64,000 nt of DNA. Source: Neodothiora populina (lineage: Eukaryota). The notes beneath the pieces are model-generated. The model ran no database searches. It was not told where the DNA came from and saw only the letters and a list, made by a program, of their open reading frames with translations. The stretch lies in NCBI RefSeq assembly GCF_041146345.1, contig NW_027191408.1, forward strand, positions 682,001 to 746,000. Reading direction: 5' to 3'. Both the position numbers and the translations under genes were made by a program. The stretch's first letter is position 1, and each line of letters opens with the position of its first letter. This document shows, piece after piece, positions 53,024 to 64,000 of this stretch.

Positions 53024-54119
53024 ATGTTCTCAATAGCAAAACAGACTGCGTTACGGCAGGCCCGCACATGCCTGCGCACTTCGCCCCTCTCCCGCAATGC
53101 TTCTCTTGCCCGCCTGCTATCGACCCTTGCCGTTCTGGAGCAGAGAGAGGGAAAGCTGAACATGTCGTCGCTTGCTGCGGTCTCAGCAGCCATGAAGCTC
53201 GGTGGATCAGTCACCGGCTTTGTCGCGGGTGGAAATGTCAAGGCCGTGGCCGAGGAAGCAGCAAAAGTGGAGGGCCTAGAAAAGATCATCTTCGTCGACA
53301 ACGCCTCGTACGACAAGGGTCTACCAGAGAACTATGCTCCTCTATTGGTCGAGAATGTCAAGAAGGGCGGCTTCACTCACATCCTGGCTGGCCACTCGGC
53401 GTTCGGAAAGAACTTGATGCCTCGCGTCGCCGCACTCTTGGACGTTCAGCAAATCTCAGACATCACCGACATTGAAGGCGAAGACAGTATGAATCTCACG
53501 CCATCTGTGTGAAAGAATACACCGAGCTAACCAACAATTCATAGCCTTCGTCCGTCCCATCTATGCCGGCAACGCAATCCTTACCGTTCAGACCGCAGAC
53601 TCGCCAAAGGTTGTCACCGTCCGAGGCACCGCGTTCCCCTCCGGCGCAGCAACAGGTGGCAGTGCTTCGCTTGAGGAGGGTGTAGACCCCAAGGCCGAGT
53701 GCCCCACCACCTGGGTCAGTGAAGACCTCGCCAAGTCTGACCGTCCTGATCTCGCCACCGCTGAGCGTGTTGTGTCTGGCGGCCGTGGTCTCAAGAGCAA
53801 GGACGATTTCGAAAAGGTCATTCCTCCGCTCGCCGACGCATTGGGCGCAGCCATCGGTGCTAGCAGAGCTGCCGTCGACTCGGGATTCGCAGACAACTCG
53901 CTTCAGGTCGGTCAGACCGGCAAGAACGTCGCTCCTCAGCTTTATCTAGCCGTCGGAATCTCGGGCGCCATTCAGCATCTTGCTGGTATGAAGGACAGCA
54001 AGGTCATTGCTGCCATCAACAAGGATGCCGACGCTCCAATTTTCCAAGTTGCCGATGTCGGCCTAGTTGGCGATCTGTTCGAAAAGGTGCCCGAATTGAC
54101 GGAGAAGCTTAAGGCATGA
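53024..54119 (+). CDS. AIM45: Electron transfer flavoprotein alpha subunit; 2 exons
   Basis: [10 protein letters not shown] across intron 53487-53544. [14 protein letters not shown] and [15 protein letters not shown] motifs. Confidence 0.95.
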
Positions 54120-54616
54120 AGAGTGGGGGTTTCCAGAACATGAAAACAAGGTGGGGCAAAACAAAAAAGGGATGTACACCAAATGGTCTGTGGTGATGTC
54201 CAGCATTGGGTCCAACGATATTGATCTTTATGGCGCCAAAGGGGTTTTCTTGCCCTTCGTTCCGGCGATTTAATGATATGTATAGCTGAACGCTTGGTAG
54301 AAGATATCCTCATCCCGCGCCACATGTAGCATAGACGATGCCGAAATAGTACGACATTTACTAACGACATGCATTGCATGCTGACAATTTGTGTACATCT
54401 ATTCCCGGGGCTGCTCCCTAACCTATCACATACGAAGTACAGCAGCTTTGCTGGTCTTACAAGACTGGTTAGCAAGAATCTTCAACGAGGTAGAAGGAAG
54501 TTGGAGATGACGATACGGTACATAGTAGAAGTCCAGATGGAAGATATGGTCAATAGTGAACGAGTCAAATGATGAACGAGTCCTAAATTGTAGGTATAAT
54601 GAACCGTGGATGAAAC

Positions 54617-54782
54617 ACAGAAAGGAATGGTCAATGAATCGAATCAAAGGTATAGTGAATGATCAATGAGCTGAATTGAAGGTATAGTGAATGGTCGATG
54701 AACTGAATTAAAGGTATAGTGAATGGTCAATGAGTCGAATTGACGGTATAGTGAATGGTCAACGAGTTAAACCCAAGGTATG
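54617..54782. repeat. 32-nt tandem minisatellite, ~5 units
   Basis: GGTAT-anchored units start at 54649, 54681, 54713, 54745 and 54777. The first four read GGTATAGTGAATG. Confidence 0.9.
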
Positions 54783-56005
54783 ATTAATAGTGGACTAGTC
54801 AAACTAGAGGTAGAGCGAATTGTGAATAGAATAAAAGTGACTATCATAGATAGTCAATGACTTGAAGTAAGGATGTAGTAGATCGTGCATATCTCGAGAG
54901 TAGTAATGCGATGAACGTTCGATAAGTTGGACGCGATCTGACCTATTAATCACAGTTACAGCATTATCTCGAGCCTCAGGCTATATCTACCTTAGTTACA
55001 TATCGCTCCATTGCAGATTGATGTAGTCCTATCTCCTTATACTTTATAGCAGAGTAGATGCGCTCAGTACTCTGTATCCCATTTGATACTCCTTAAACAA
55101 TTGAGCGCATTTGCTATAGTGTTGACATTGTTTTGTGCAATTGGTTGTGCTATACCATAGATGGTGGAAGCTGGTACACTGATAAGATCAAGATCTTGAG
55201 ATTAGATAATCGGCCGATCTTCAGATCTCTCTAACCGATCGATAAGCTTTCATCTAACCATCACTTAGCATTCACTCTGCACTCACTCGAAAATCACTCT
55301 ATAGTTAAATCGAATTCAGCCAGCATTCATTGATTACTCGTTTCATTTCCTACTTACTAGGCCATCATATCGGAGTCACCGAAACATCACTTTGTGGTTA
55401 CCCAACAGTCACATCGCAATGACTTCGTGGCCTGCTGCTCACTAGTACCGTACCGTCTGCCCCAGCTCGTTTTCAGATGTCTATCATACCGTGACTACCT
55501 TGCTGCAGAGGCACCTATCGCGATTCGATTCCTGGAGAGCAATCGAACAATTCTTTGGTGCCTGCACTCGTTTCGCCTGCCCTTGTGTCTAGGCTTGCTA
55601 TAGTATCATCAACTCTCTGGTTCCTACATCTTGTGGCTAGGATACTGCGGCTCCTTCAGTACTACATCAGGTACTATGACACCTGCGGGGAAAACATATG
55701 ATCTAGCGCGTGCCTGCAAGCTCGTGTCCGCCTGACGTCCTCTTCGTCTCCTCCCGGAGCGCCCATCGTAGGGCCGTCTTCTGTGTCCGTGGCTTCGACG
55801 TGAAGTGTCAAGTGGTCCTCTACACTATATAAGGTACCCACGGGTATTTCGTTTATACCATGATCGGACAATATTCCGCCGAAATAATCCCGTTACAACG
55901 TCATCGCAGTCCACTGGCTTGTCGCACTTGGTTCGGTGTCGTTGACCTGGCACACTTGTGACCTTGCACCATATCAGACCTGAGTACAACCCAATATTCG
56001 GAGCA

Positions 56006-57794
56006 ATGGTCAGAGGTCAAGAGCCGTTGTTGACACGGCGACCCTCGTCGGAGCATGAGGCTGATTTGGCAGAAGAAGATGCGTTGCTGACTGGGCAGCC
56101 GACTGGACGCGGCGCAGAATACTCGCGTTGGTCGCGATGGAGAGAAGTTGGTCTATTTGTTTGGGCTCTTCTGGCCACTACTGCAGTAATCGTGCTCGCC
56201 GTCGTCTATCAGCACCAGACCACAGGCCCAACGAAACCCACAGATGGCAGCAAAGCTCCGTCTGGAAAGCGCAACTTGATCTTCATGGTCAGCGATGGCA
56301 TGGGCCCAACAAGTCTGAGCTTGACTCGCAGCTTTAGGCAATATGTTGATGCCCTGCCCTACAGCGACTCACTCGTACTGGATCAGCACCTCATCGGACA
56401 GAGCCGTACCAGAAGCAGTTCTTCGCTTGTCACCGACAGCGCCGCTGGGGCCACCGCCTTCAGTTGCGGTATGAAGAGCTATAATGGTGCCATATCAGTG
56501 TTGCCAGACTTTTCGCCTTGCGGCAGTATCATGGAGGCAGCGAAGAGAGCGGGCTACACTACTGGACTCGTTGTCACCACGCGCATCACGGATGCCACAC
56601 CTGCTTGTTTCGCCAGTCACGTTAGAAGACGCGAGATGGAAGATATGATCGCTGACCAGCTTATTGGCAATGGTCCTCTTGGAAGAACTGTTGACCTCAT
56701 CCTCGGTGGAGGTCGTTGCCATTTCCAGCCAAACACGACTGAAGGTGGTTGCAGAGCAGATGACCTGGATCTTATCGACCAGGCAGCAGAGAATGGATGG
56801 AACTATATCTCTACACGCAAAGACTTCGACGGTCTCAAACTTGGCTCGGCTGTGGAGCTGCCATTGCTTGGTCTACTTGCTTCGCGAGATATCCCTTACG
56901 AGATTGACCGCAGATTCGTCGAGGACACCTACCCTTCGCTTGAGGAGATGGCCAAAACTGCTCTCAGAGCACTTAGCGATGCTACCAAGGACAGTGAGAA
57001 GGGGTTCTTTATCATGATTGAGGGAAGCAGGATTGATCACGCCGGCCACGCGAACGATCCTGCGGCGCAAGTGCACGAAGTGCTCGCTTATGACAGAACC
57101 ATACAGGCTGTGCTTGATTTCTTGGAAGAAGACGATACGGAGGGTCTGATGGTTAGCACCAGCGACCATGAGACTGGCGGGCTAGCCTCTGCGAGACGTG
57201 AGAATCCGTTTCTGAATCGATCGAAAGAATCCTGCTGACTTTTTAGAACTACACTCGACCTACCCCGAATACCTCTGGTACCCTGGAGTACTCGCAAATG
57301 CCTCGCATTCGGCAGAGTACACGACCTTGCAGTATCAGCAACACCTTGCCTCGCTCCCGAAGCAAGCTCCATCTGCCAGCTCAGTCAAGGACCTGAGGGC
57401 TTATTTGCACAGTCTTGTTGAGGAAAGCATGGGCATTCACGATGCTTCCTCAGAGGAGATCGATGCGCTGATCGGACACCCCTTGACCGCACCCTACGTT
57501 CTTGCAGACATGATCAGTCGTCGCAGTCAAACAGGCTGGAGCACACATGGCCACAGCGCAGTCGATGTGAACATCTATACCTCCGACGCCACGGTCGCTA
57601 AGAAGCTTAGAGGTAACCACGAGAACACCGAGGTCGGCGAGTTCCTGCGGTCGTATCTCGAGCTCGATGATGAGGTCGAAAAGGTAACTCAAGAATTGAA
57701 AGAGAAGTTGGAGATCAAGGGCGGACAGAGTTGGTTGGGCGATATCCCCCAGCCAGGCGAGAGACTTGATGGACAGGATCATCTGTTTCATTAG
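56006..57794 (+). CDS. PHO8: Vacuolar-type alkaline phosphatase; 2 exons
   Basis: N-terminal TM helix, IFMVSDGMG, catalytic VTDSAAGATAF, EGSRIDHAGH, SDHETGG and THGHSAVDV. Intron 57198-57246. Confidence 0.95.
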
Positions 57795-57932
57795 ATTGGT
57801 AAACCTTGCATTATATGTAATCTTCTTGCTATAGAGACAAATCGTACCTGATGTGTGCCTATGATCTGACGATCTAGAGACCTTTCCTTCATTCATCACA
57901 TACAAGCTCTGCAGTGCACAGGATGTAGAATA

Positions 57933-58290
57933 CAGCTGGATTTTGACACGGCCTACCCCAACAGTGTCCTGTCAGAAGAGATCTACGTACGACCACCACC
58001 TGGTTACGACTCTGGAAAACTCCTCCGTCTTCACAAAGCTCTATATGACTTGAAGTAATCAGGAAGGCAATGGTTTAGCACTCTCCGCACCTGGCTAATC
58101 GACTACAACTTCAGACATGCCGACTTCGATCCCTGTGTGTTTCTTGCGGGAGACTTGATTATAGCCGTGTATGTCGACGACCTACTTATCATCGGCAAAG
58201 CACAAACTATGTCTTGGTTTCGGAAACCACTGGCTTAGACTTTTTCATGGAAGGACTTAGGCAAAGCTCGCTACCTGCTGGGATTAGATT
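57933..58290 (+). mobile_element. Ty1/copia reverse transcriptase fragment (degenerate)
   Basis: One frame reads QLDFDTAY..EEIYVRPPPGY..LHKALYDLK*SGRQW..DPCVF..VYVDDLLI..KDLGKARYLLG, with stops at 58056 and 58236. Confidence 0.92.
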
Positions 58291-58799
58291 TAAACGTGGA
58301 TTCCCAACCGGGCTCACAAGGTAACCTATTGAATGTGTAACATAAGAAGTATGCTACACTTTCAATAAGCTCCCAGGGAGACCGAGATCGCTGCCTGGCT
58401 CGAGTATGATTGTTCAGTGAAGACTCAGTGAAGACTCGGTGAATTATAGATCAGTATACATTAAGTAGCTCGTGAACTGGGAGTGACTACACAATAAAGA
58501 CTCGGCGAGTCGAAGCTAACCATACAATAACTACATGTTAAATCAGAAGTGACTTTACATTACCTTACTCTCTTTCTATGGTACTTTGTCCCGAGTGAGT
58601 TCCAGTGGCACGATCTTGATGTATCTCCTGTAGACGGCTCTACTCGAGGTCCTGGTGCAAGTCACAGGTCACTTTGCTTTCTGCTGACGTTCGTGGAGAC
58701 TGCGAGCAGGAATGTCGTATAGACAGGCACAGAAGGACCCATACCCGAATGAGCGCTGCAAGACCATTTCAGACATAAGACTAGACGTGCATTATTCTC

Positions 58800-59285
58800 A
58801 CGGACTACTATCGCAATGCATAACACACCTAAGTTGTCATCGTTTTCCTGAGATCATAAAATTGGTCGATTCAGAGACAGGGTCGCCCTCCAGTCCAAAG
58901 CCGTATAGCTAAAGTAGCCTCGATTTGGGGCTCGGGATACACCTTTCTCAGAAGTGTATTGACGGTATTGTCGAGATACTGTCGCAATGCATAGCATGCT
59001 TAAATATTCACAATCATCTTGAGATCACGGAACTGCTTGATACAGAGACCAAGTCACCCTTTGGTCTAGCACTGTGTAGCTAGCCTCGGCTCAGAAGTCC
59101 AAATACACTCTTCTCATGAAGCATATCAACAAACTGGCCGAAACACTATCGCAATGCATAGTCAAAGTATAGACGCATTCGCCGAGATACGGTCACAATG
59201 CACTACTGTCTGCTCATATCTTCATGTTTTTCTGAGATCACGGACTTGATCGACATGGAAACCGGGTCTCCCTCGAGGCTCTTGT
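58800..59285 (+). repeat. Degenerate ~170-nt tandem repeat, ~3 copies, probably a decayed repeat-protein ORF
   Basis: TCGCAATGCATA at 58811, 58982 and 59149. GAGATCA blocks at 58850, 59021 and 59234. Confidence 0.75.
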
Positions 59286-60736
59286 ATCTTCCTGTGCTTT
59301 ATCCAAACTCGGCAGTTTTGTGAGACGGATTGCGTCTTTTCCAATTTCTAGAAGAGAGACCCCAGCCTTTCACGATTATGACCAACCTCTTATTTTAGAA
59401 ACCCAATCAAGCACTATGTGATGAAGACGATCATCACGATAGAAGATCACAATCTTCTATCAACTATGATCTAATCGCTGACACCGTCTTTGGCCAAGCG
59501 AACCAACAACTTCTTCGCCCCCCCGCATTCATGTTGCGCGACGTTCTGATCAGGGGTAAAGCGGCAGATTGACCGTACGAGCCCACGTAAAAGACCCCGT
59601 AAGCGCAACAGCCAAGTCGTCGAGGTGCGTGCTATCATTCCGCTGATCGGACTGTCATATGGTCATCACGGTCAGGCACGAGTAGCGTAGTGCGATAGCA
59701 AGGACCAGATCTCAGACCAAGGACTGCTCGGAGCTTTTCTATTTTCTCGTCAGACAATCTTAGCTTATTTACAAGTATCATGGAGGGTTTCCCCAAGGGC
59801 CAAACGTCAGCCTGACGAGTAGTGCAAACGGAACACGCTTGAACGACCTAGGACAAAACAAAGGACCGCCGTTGGCAGGATGACCGTCGGCCAAGTGAAC
59901 AGTAGAAGATTGCGATATAGATAAGATGGACGGAGAGAAAACAGAGGAGCTTGAAAGTTGTCGAGTAACTGGCGACTATGCCGAAACCAGAAAGGCTCCC
60001 GCAGCACGATCGACACCCGAGATTTGAAGTGATGCGCATAGAAGCCGGCATCAGAAGGAATATGCTCGCACTGTTGCACGCACTGAATAAGCACAAAGCA
60101 CGAGGTGTGGATACTCAGTCGTCACTGAGCAGCATGTAGATGTGTCGGAATGACCATTGCGTACAGACAAAGAGTCTTCAATTGACTGTGAAGAATCTAC
60201 GATGAACTCCAAGTCGTTCATGGTATGGAAATTGGCCGATAACCGTTTGTTTTGAGGCTCGTTAAGATTGTTATGAAGGACGAGAGAGTATGGCATGTAA
60301 AAGAACGAACGGGTGTGGTGCAAGCGATGACCAACGTCCAATAAAACCGGCGTAAGTTCGCAGATGTTGTGCCTGTCATGCCCGCTCATCTTATTCATCT
60401 CGGCGAGGGGGGCTTCTAATCATAATCGATACCGTCGTCACAGTACATTATTATACACTGCACACTCCTCCCACATCTTTTTGCCTGTAGCTAATGCCTT
60501 TTTGACAGTCTTTTTTTTTCTTGTTGTAGAACTCACCTATACTTTCCTTAATACTAATTGCCTGCTACCATAAGCACCTTGCCAATCATTTACCACAGAA
60601 CGACACCCAGTCACTCCTTTGACCACCAAGTATCAGTTATTGCAATTTGCACCGCCTCACATCGTCATCAACTCCAGACACTCGAACCAGACGACAAAAA
60701 GTATACCATCAAAAGAACTCGACCCAGCCGAACATA

Positions 60737-62551
60737 ATGCTCCAACGACCAGCCCCTCTTGAGCCTTTCAGACACCACACGGCGACGAACCACCATTACT
60801 ACCCGACCTCGTTAACGCCGCCCATCTACCCAGAGGATCGACCTTTCTTCCATTCGGGTCACGACATCCCTCGTCCGCTGTCTGCAGCACCACTCTCACA
60901 CACACCACACTATCAGGTGCCGCAAAGGTCCTTTAGTGGACCACACACCATTCAGTTGCCTGGATTGGCAACACTGGCGTCGCTGGCGGCAGCATCTGTG
61001 CCAGCATACGAAAGGTTAGTTTTATCTTTTTGCTTTTCGTCTTGATCATTATGTGGACTCGAGCAACGTTGATTCGTTGTTACTGTCATGACTTTGTTGA
61101 TGTTGATGTTGCACCTGTGGCCTTTTTTGTCTCGGACTCGTGTGGAGCGGAAGGCTGGAGACTCGAGAATCAGGGTCCAAGTCAATAATGCCCGTGCTTT
61201 CCCAATTCGCTCTATCTACGGTTAGCGCCAACAGGGCTGCACGTCGAAGACTGATAAGAGATTGGCATTATCTCTCTTCGTCCTTTTGATAACACCACTG
61301 TCTCTCCCATGCCCATGCCCATGTCCTGTCGTTCCATGTTGACACTGTCTACTTCAGATCACATATGCACAACATGAACTACGCGACATCTGCGCCTGCT
61401 GCTACCGCCGGGGGTCAGCAAAATGGTCCGGTGAGTTATTGTCGTCCTTTTGGGCTTTTCCCCGTTCCTTTCGGCATTTGAATTTCCCGTCGACATCCAC
61501 CCGATCGATAACACAAGCGTGCTTGGCTTGTGAGCGATCCGGGCGATTGTACATTTCCATCAACAATTATTTTTCTTTTTATTATAATTGCTGAGACTTG
61601 ATTCCGCATCTAGCCCGTATGTCAGAACTGCGGTACCAGCACAACGCCGTTATGGCGTCGCGACGAGATGGGCTCCGTCCTCTGCAACGCGTGTGGGTTA
61701 TTTCTCAAGTTGCACGGTCGCCCACGTCCCATCAGCCTCAAGACGGATGTGATCAAGAGCAGGAATCGCGTCAAGACTGCTGGTGCACCCAAGAAGAAGG
61801 TTTGTTGTTGCTCCTACAGAAAAAAAAACACGTAACACTGACCGCCCATCAGCCTTCCCTTGAAGCAAATGGCTATCCTGCCTCTCACCCAGAGTCGACC
61901 ATGACTCCCGTCGGCAGTGCCTTTGCTCAACGCCGTGCATCTGATCGTATCCCTTCGGGCGAATCACACCGATCGCCTTCGCCCTTGTCGCGTACCGGCA
62001 CACCTGGAATGTCAGCCCCGACGTCCAACATTGCACCCCAACACATCTTTGACAACGTCTCCTTGACTGAGCCCAACTTCCACTCTCCATCTCTGCCTTC
62101 ATTTGCCTTACGGCAACCTTCGCCAACGACCGCGTCTCTCAACGGAAATCATCTCGAGAACAACCACGCATATGCCGAGAATGCTGCCAACAGCAGTCAC
62201 CTCAAGACTCGCGTCAGTGAGCTCGAGGTCATCAATGATTTGTTCCGTGGCCGTGTCGCAGAACTCGAGCAGAGCGAGCAGGCTGCCCGCCGGAATGCCG
62301 AGCTTGCTCACGATGCGGCAGAGAGGTACCGATCTGACCTCGACGCTGCATTGTCCCGTGAAAAGGACATGAAAAGAAGAATCGACCAGCTCGAATCTGA
62401 GCTCGAGTCGTACAAGTCGCAAGCTCCCCCAGCGCCTAAGCGCGCACGTCTCAGCGACATTGTGCGTGATGACGAAGAGTCCCGCTCATTAAGCAAGTCT
62501 CCACCATTGACCACTGCTGCCCCAGAGCCGGTCCAGGCTGCTGCTGCATAG
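60737..62551 (+). CDS. areB: GATA zinc-finger repressor with C-terminal leucine zipper (AreB/ASD4/Dal80-like); 4 exons
   Basis: [50 protein letters not shown] and [23 protein letters not shown]. Introns 61015-61357, 61431-61613, 61800-61852. Confidence 0.9.
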
Positions 62552-63843
62552 AGTGCATGACCTCACTGCATGGGCGAGTAGCTTCATCTAACGACGGGGG
62601 CGTTACGGCTTCCTTTTTCTCTTCTTGTCACCAAGGAAAAGTCATGGGCTTTTGCGATTTCCTTATTTTCATTTCTTGTCGTTGGGGGACGTTTTCGATA
62701 GAGTAGCTGAATCATCCGAATCAGATGATGAACGAGAGATACCAGAGCAAGCGAGCAAGCAAGCGGGAAGGAATGCTTGAAAGTCACGAACCCAAAAAAT
62801 CCATACATAATCTTACCTAATTATACCAACCCTTTTTTCTCTTCGCCGAGCCTCTTTAGCCTGCCGTCACTCGTGAAGCTTCGGTGACGACCGGGCAGCC
62901 ACTCCGAATATACCCAGTTTTGTTTATGCGACTAGCTCGAGTTCATCGAACAACCATTCCCACACCGTTGGTCATCGACCTTTCCATCACTCCAGATTCA
63001 TCGAGTATTGCACTACATGATTGACCTCGACTCATCAGGTATTCACTATACCAAGTCTGGCATACAGCACAGTCTACACATACTACTCAAGTTCCCATAG
63101 AGATTACAAAGGGTATTGACTCAGTGACAAGGTGCCCCTACATCTTCTCGCCCAGGGAGCGGCATATAGACTTATAGGTAAGGTAGGTAGGTTGACCTTG
63201 CCACAATATGTATATATGGGAACAATAATGTACGGGGGAATGCACGGTCTACTCCTACCGCTCACGTCTTATGGAGATCACGAGGAGGAGTGACACGTAG
63301 ACAGGCGCGGATGGGCATGGTGTTGTTGTTGGTGCTGTTGTTGCCATGTTGTTGTTAGGTAAGTACGGACTGATGTCAGCTGCACAAGAGTTGCATTTTA
63401 TACAGTACGTTCGCTGTCCACTTATTGTGAGCCCGCTTACGCATTCCTCATACTCTAGCTACCTTACCTTACCTTACCTTATGAGGCCCACCCCTGACTC
63501 TGTGCGTGCCGAAAATCAAGTCGAGTTATCTTACTGCTGTAACCCCTGTGCTACCGCACGTTGGGAGTGGTTGAACTTATACAAATACAAGCACATGTCG
63601 GTCTTGGCAACCCCATGGTCCACATGTAGTCCGATACTCCTTAATAATCGACCGACTACTTGTGCCTTGCCTTGCCTTACCGTATGTCCGCATGTGATCG
63701 AGGCCATTCGGTTGTTGTCTTTCTCCTTGGCTCTTTCCTTTCATTGTAATTGCACTATCCAACACCCGACAACCGAGACTCCACTGAACGAACACACGCG
63801 GCCGGAGTGAATGGAGTTAACGTCATTGCTATGAGACTTGAGG

Positions 63844-64000
63844 ATGCCCGGACGACCTGCAACATCAGGTTATGCGCGCATTGCGCAGGCGGAAGAGGAG
63901 GAAGAGGAAGTCGATCAATACAACTCCGAAGACGACAATGAGAACCAACACACCCTGTCCGGCAACACTCAATATGCACCGATTCAGCCCACCCGACGAC
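63844..64000 (+). CDS. 5' end of an unidentified gene running off the window
   Basis: Open frame MPGRPATSGYARIAQAEEEEEEVDQYNSEDD... after a pyrimidine-rich leader. Confidence 0.6.
   Translation, partial: MPGRPATSGYARIAQAEEEEEEVDQYNSEDDNENQHTLSGNTQYAPIQPTRR

Noticed and set aside
54617..54782. 32-nt repeats as a CRISPR array
   Set aside because: Units are contiguous with no unique spacers, there are no cas genes, and the context is eukaryotic.
1..64000. tRNA, rRNA or snRNA genes; transposase or tyrosine-recombinase (Starship captain) genes
   Set aside because: No matching signatures recognised by eye. Highly decayed copies cannot be excluded.

Overview
Fungal (Pezizomycotina, probably Dothideomycete-like) nuclear DNA with spliceosomal introns and the fungus-typical EF-3 gene. 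Conserved genes: APP1, MRPL16, RFC1, a NUUM-like complex I subunit, MRPL3/mL44, CAP/SRV2, EF-3, a MAK32-like pfkB kinase, RSC8/SWI3, ETF-alpha, PHO8 and an AreB-like GATA factor. There is also a large secreted LysM/PAN/lysozyme-like protein, a methyltransferase-like gene and orphan ORFs. A ~10 kb accessory island (33.6-44.0 kb) between SRV2 and EF-3 holds four notable items: a disrupted gene joining a GIY-YIG-like nuclease domain to at least four GATA-like zinc fingers, an internally deleted inverted relic of the PHO8 gene 20 kb away, a three-exon orphan gene missed by the ORF track, and a minisatellite family that recurs elsewhere in the window. A Ty1/copia RT fragment and a decayed 57-aa-repeat ORF follow PHO8. 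All calls come from reading the sequence by eye; no searches were run.
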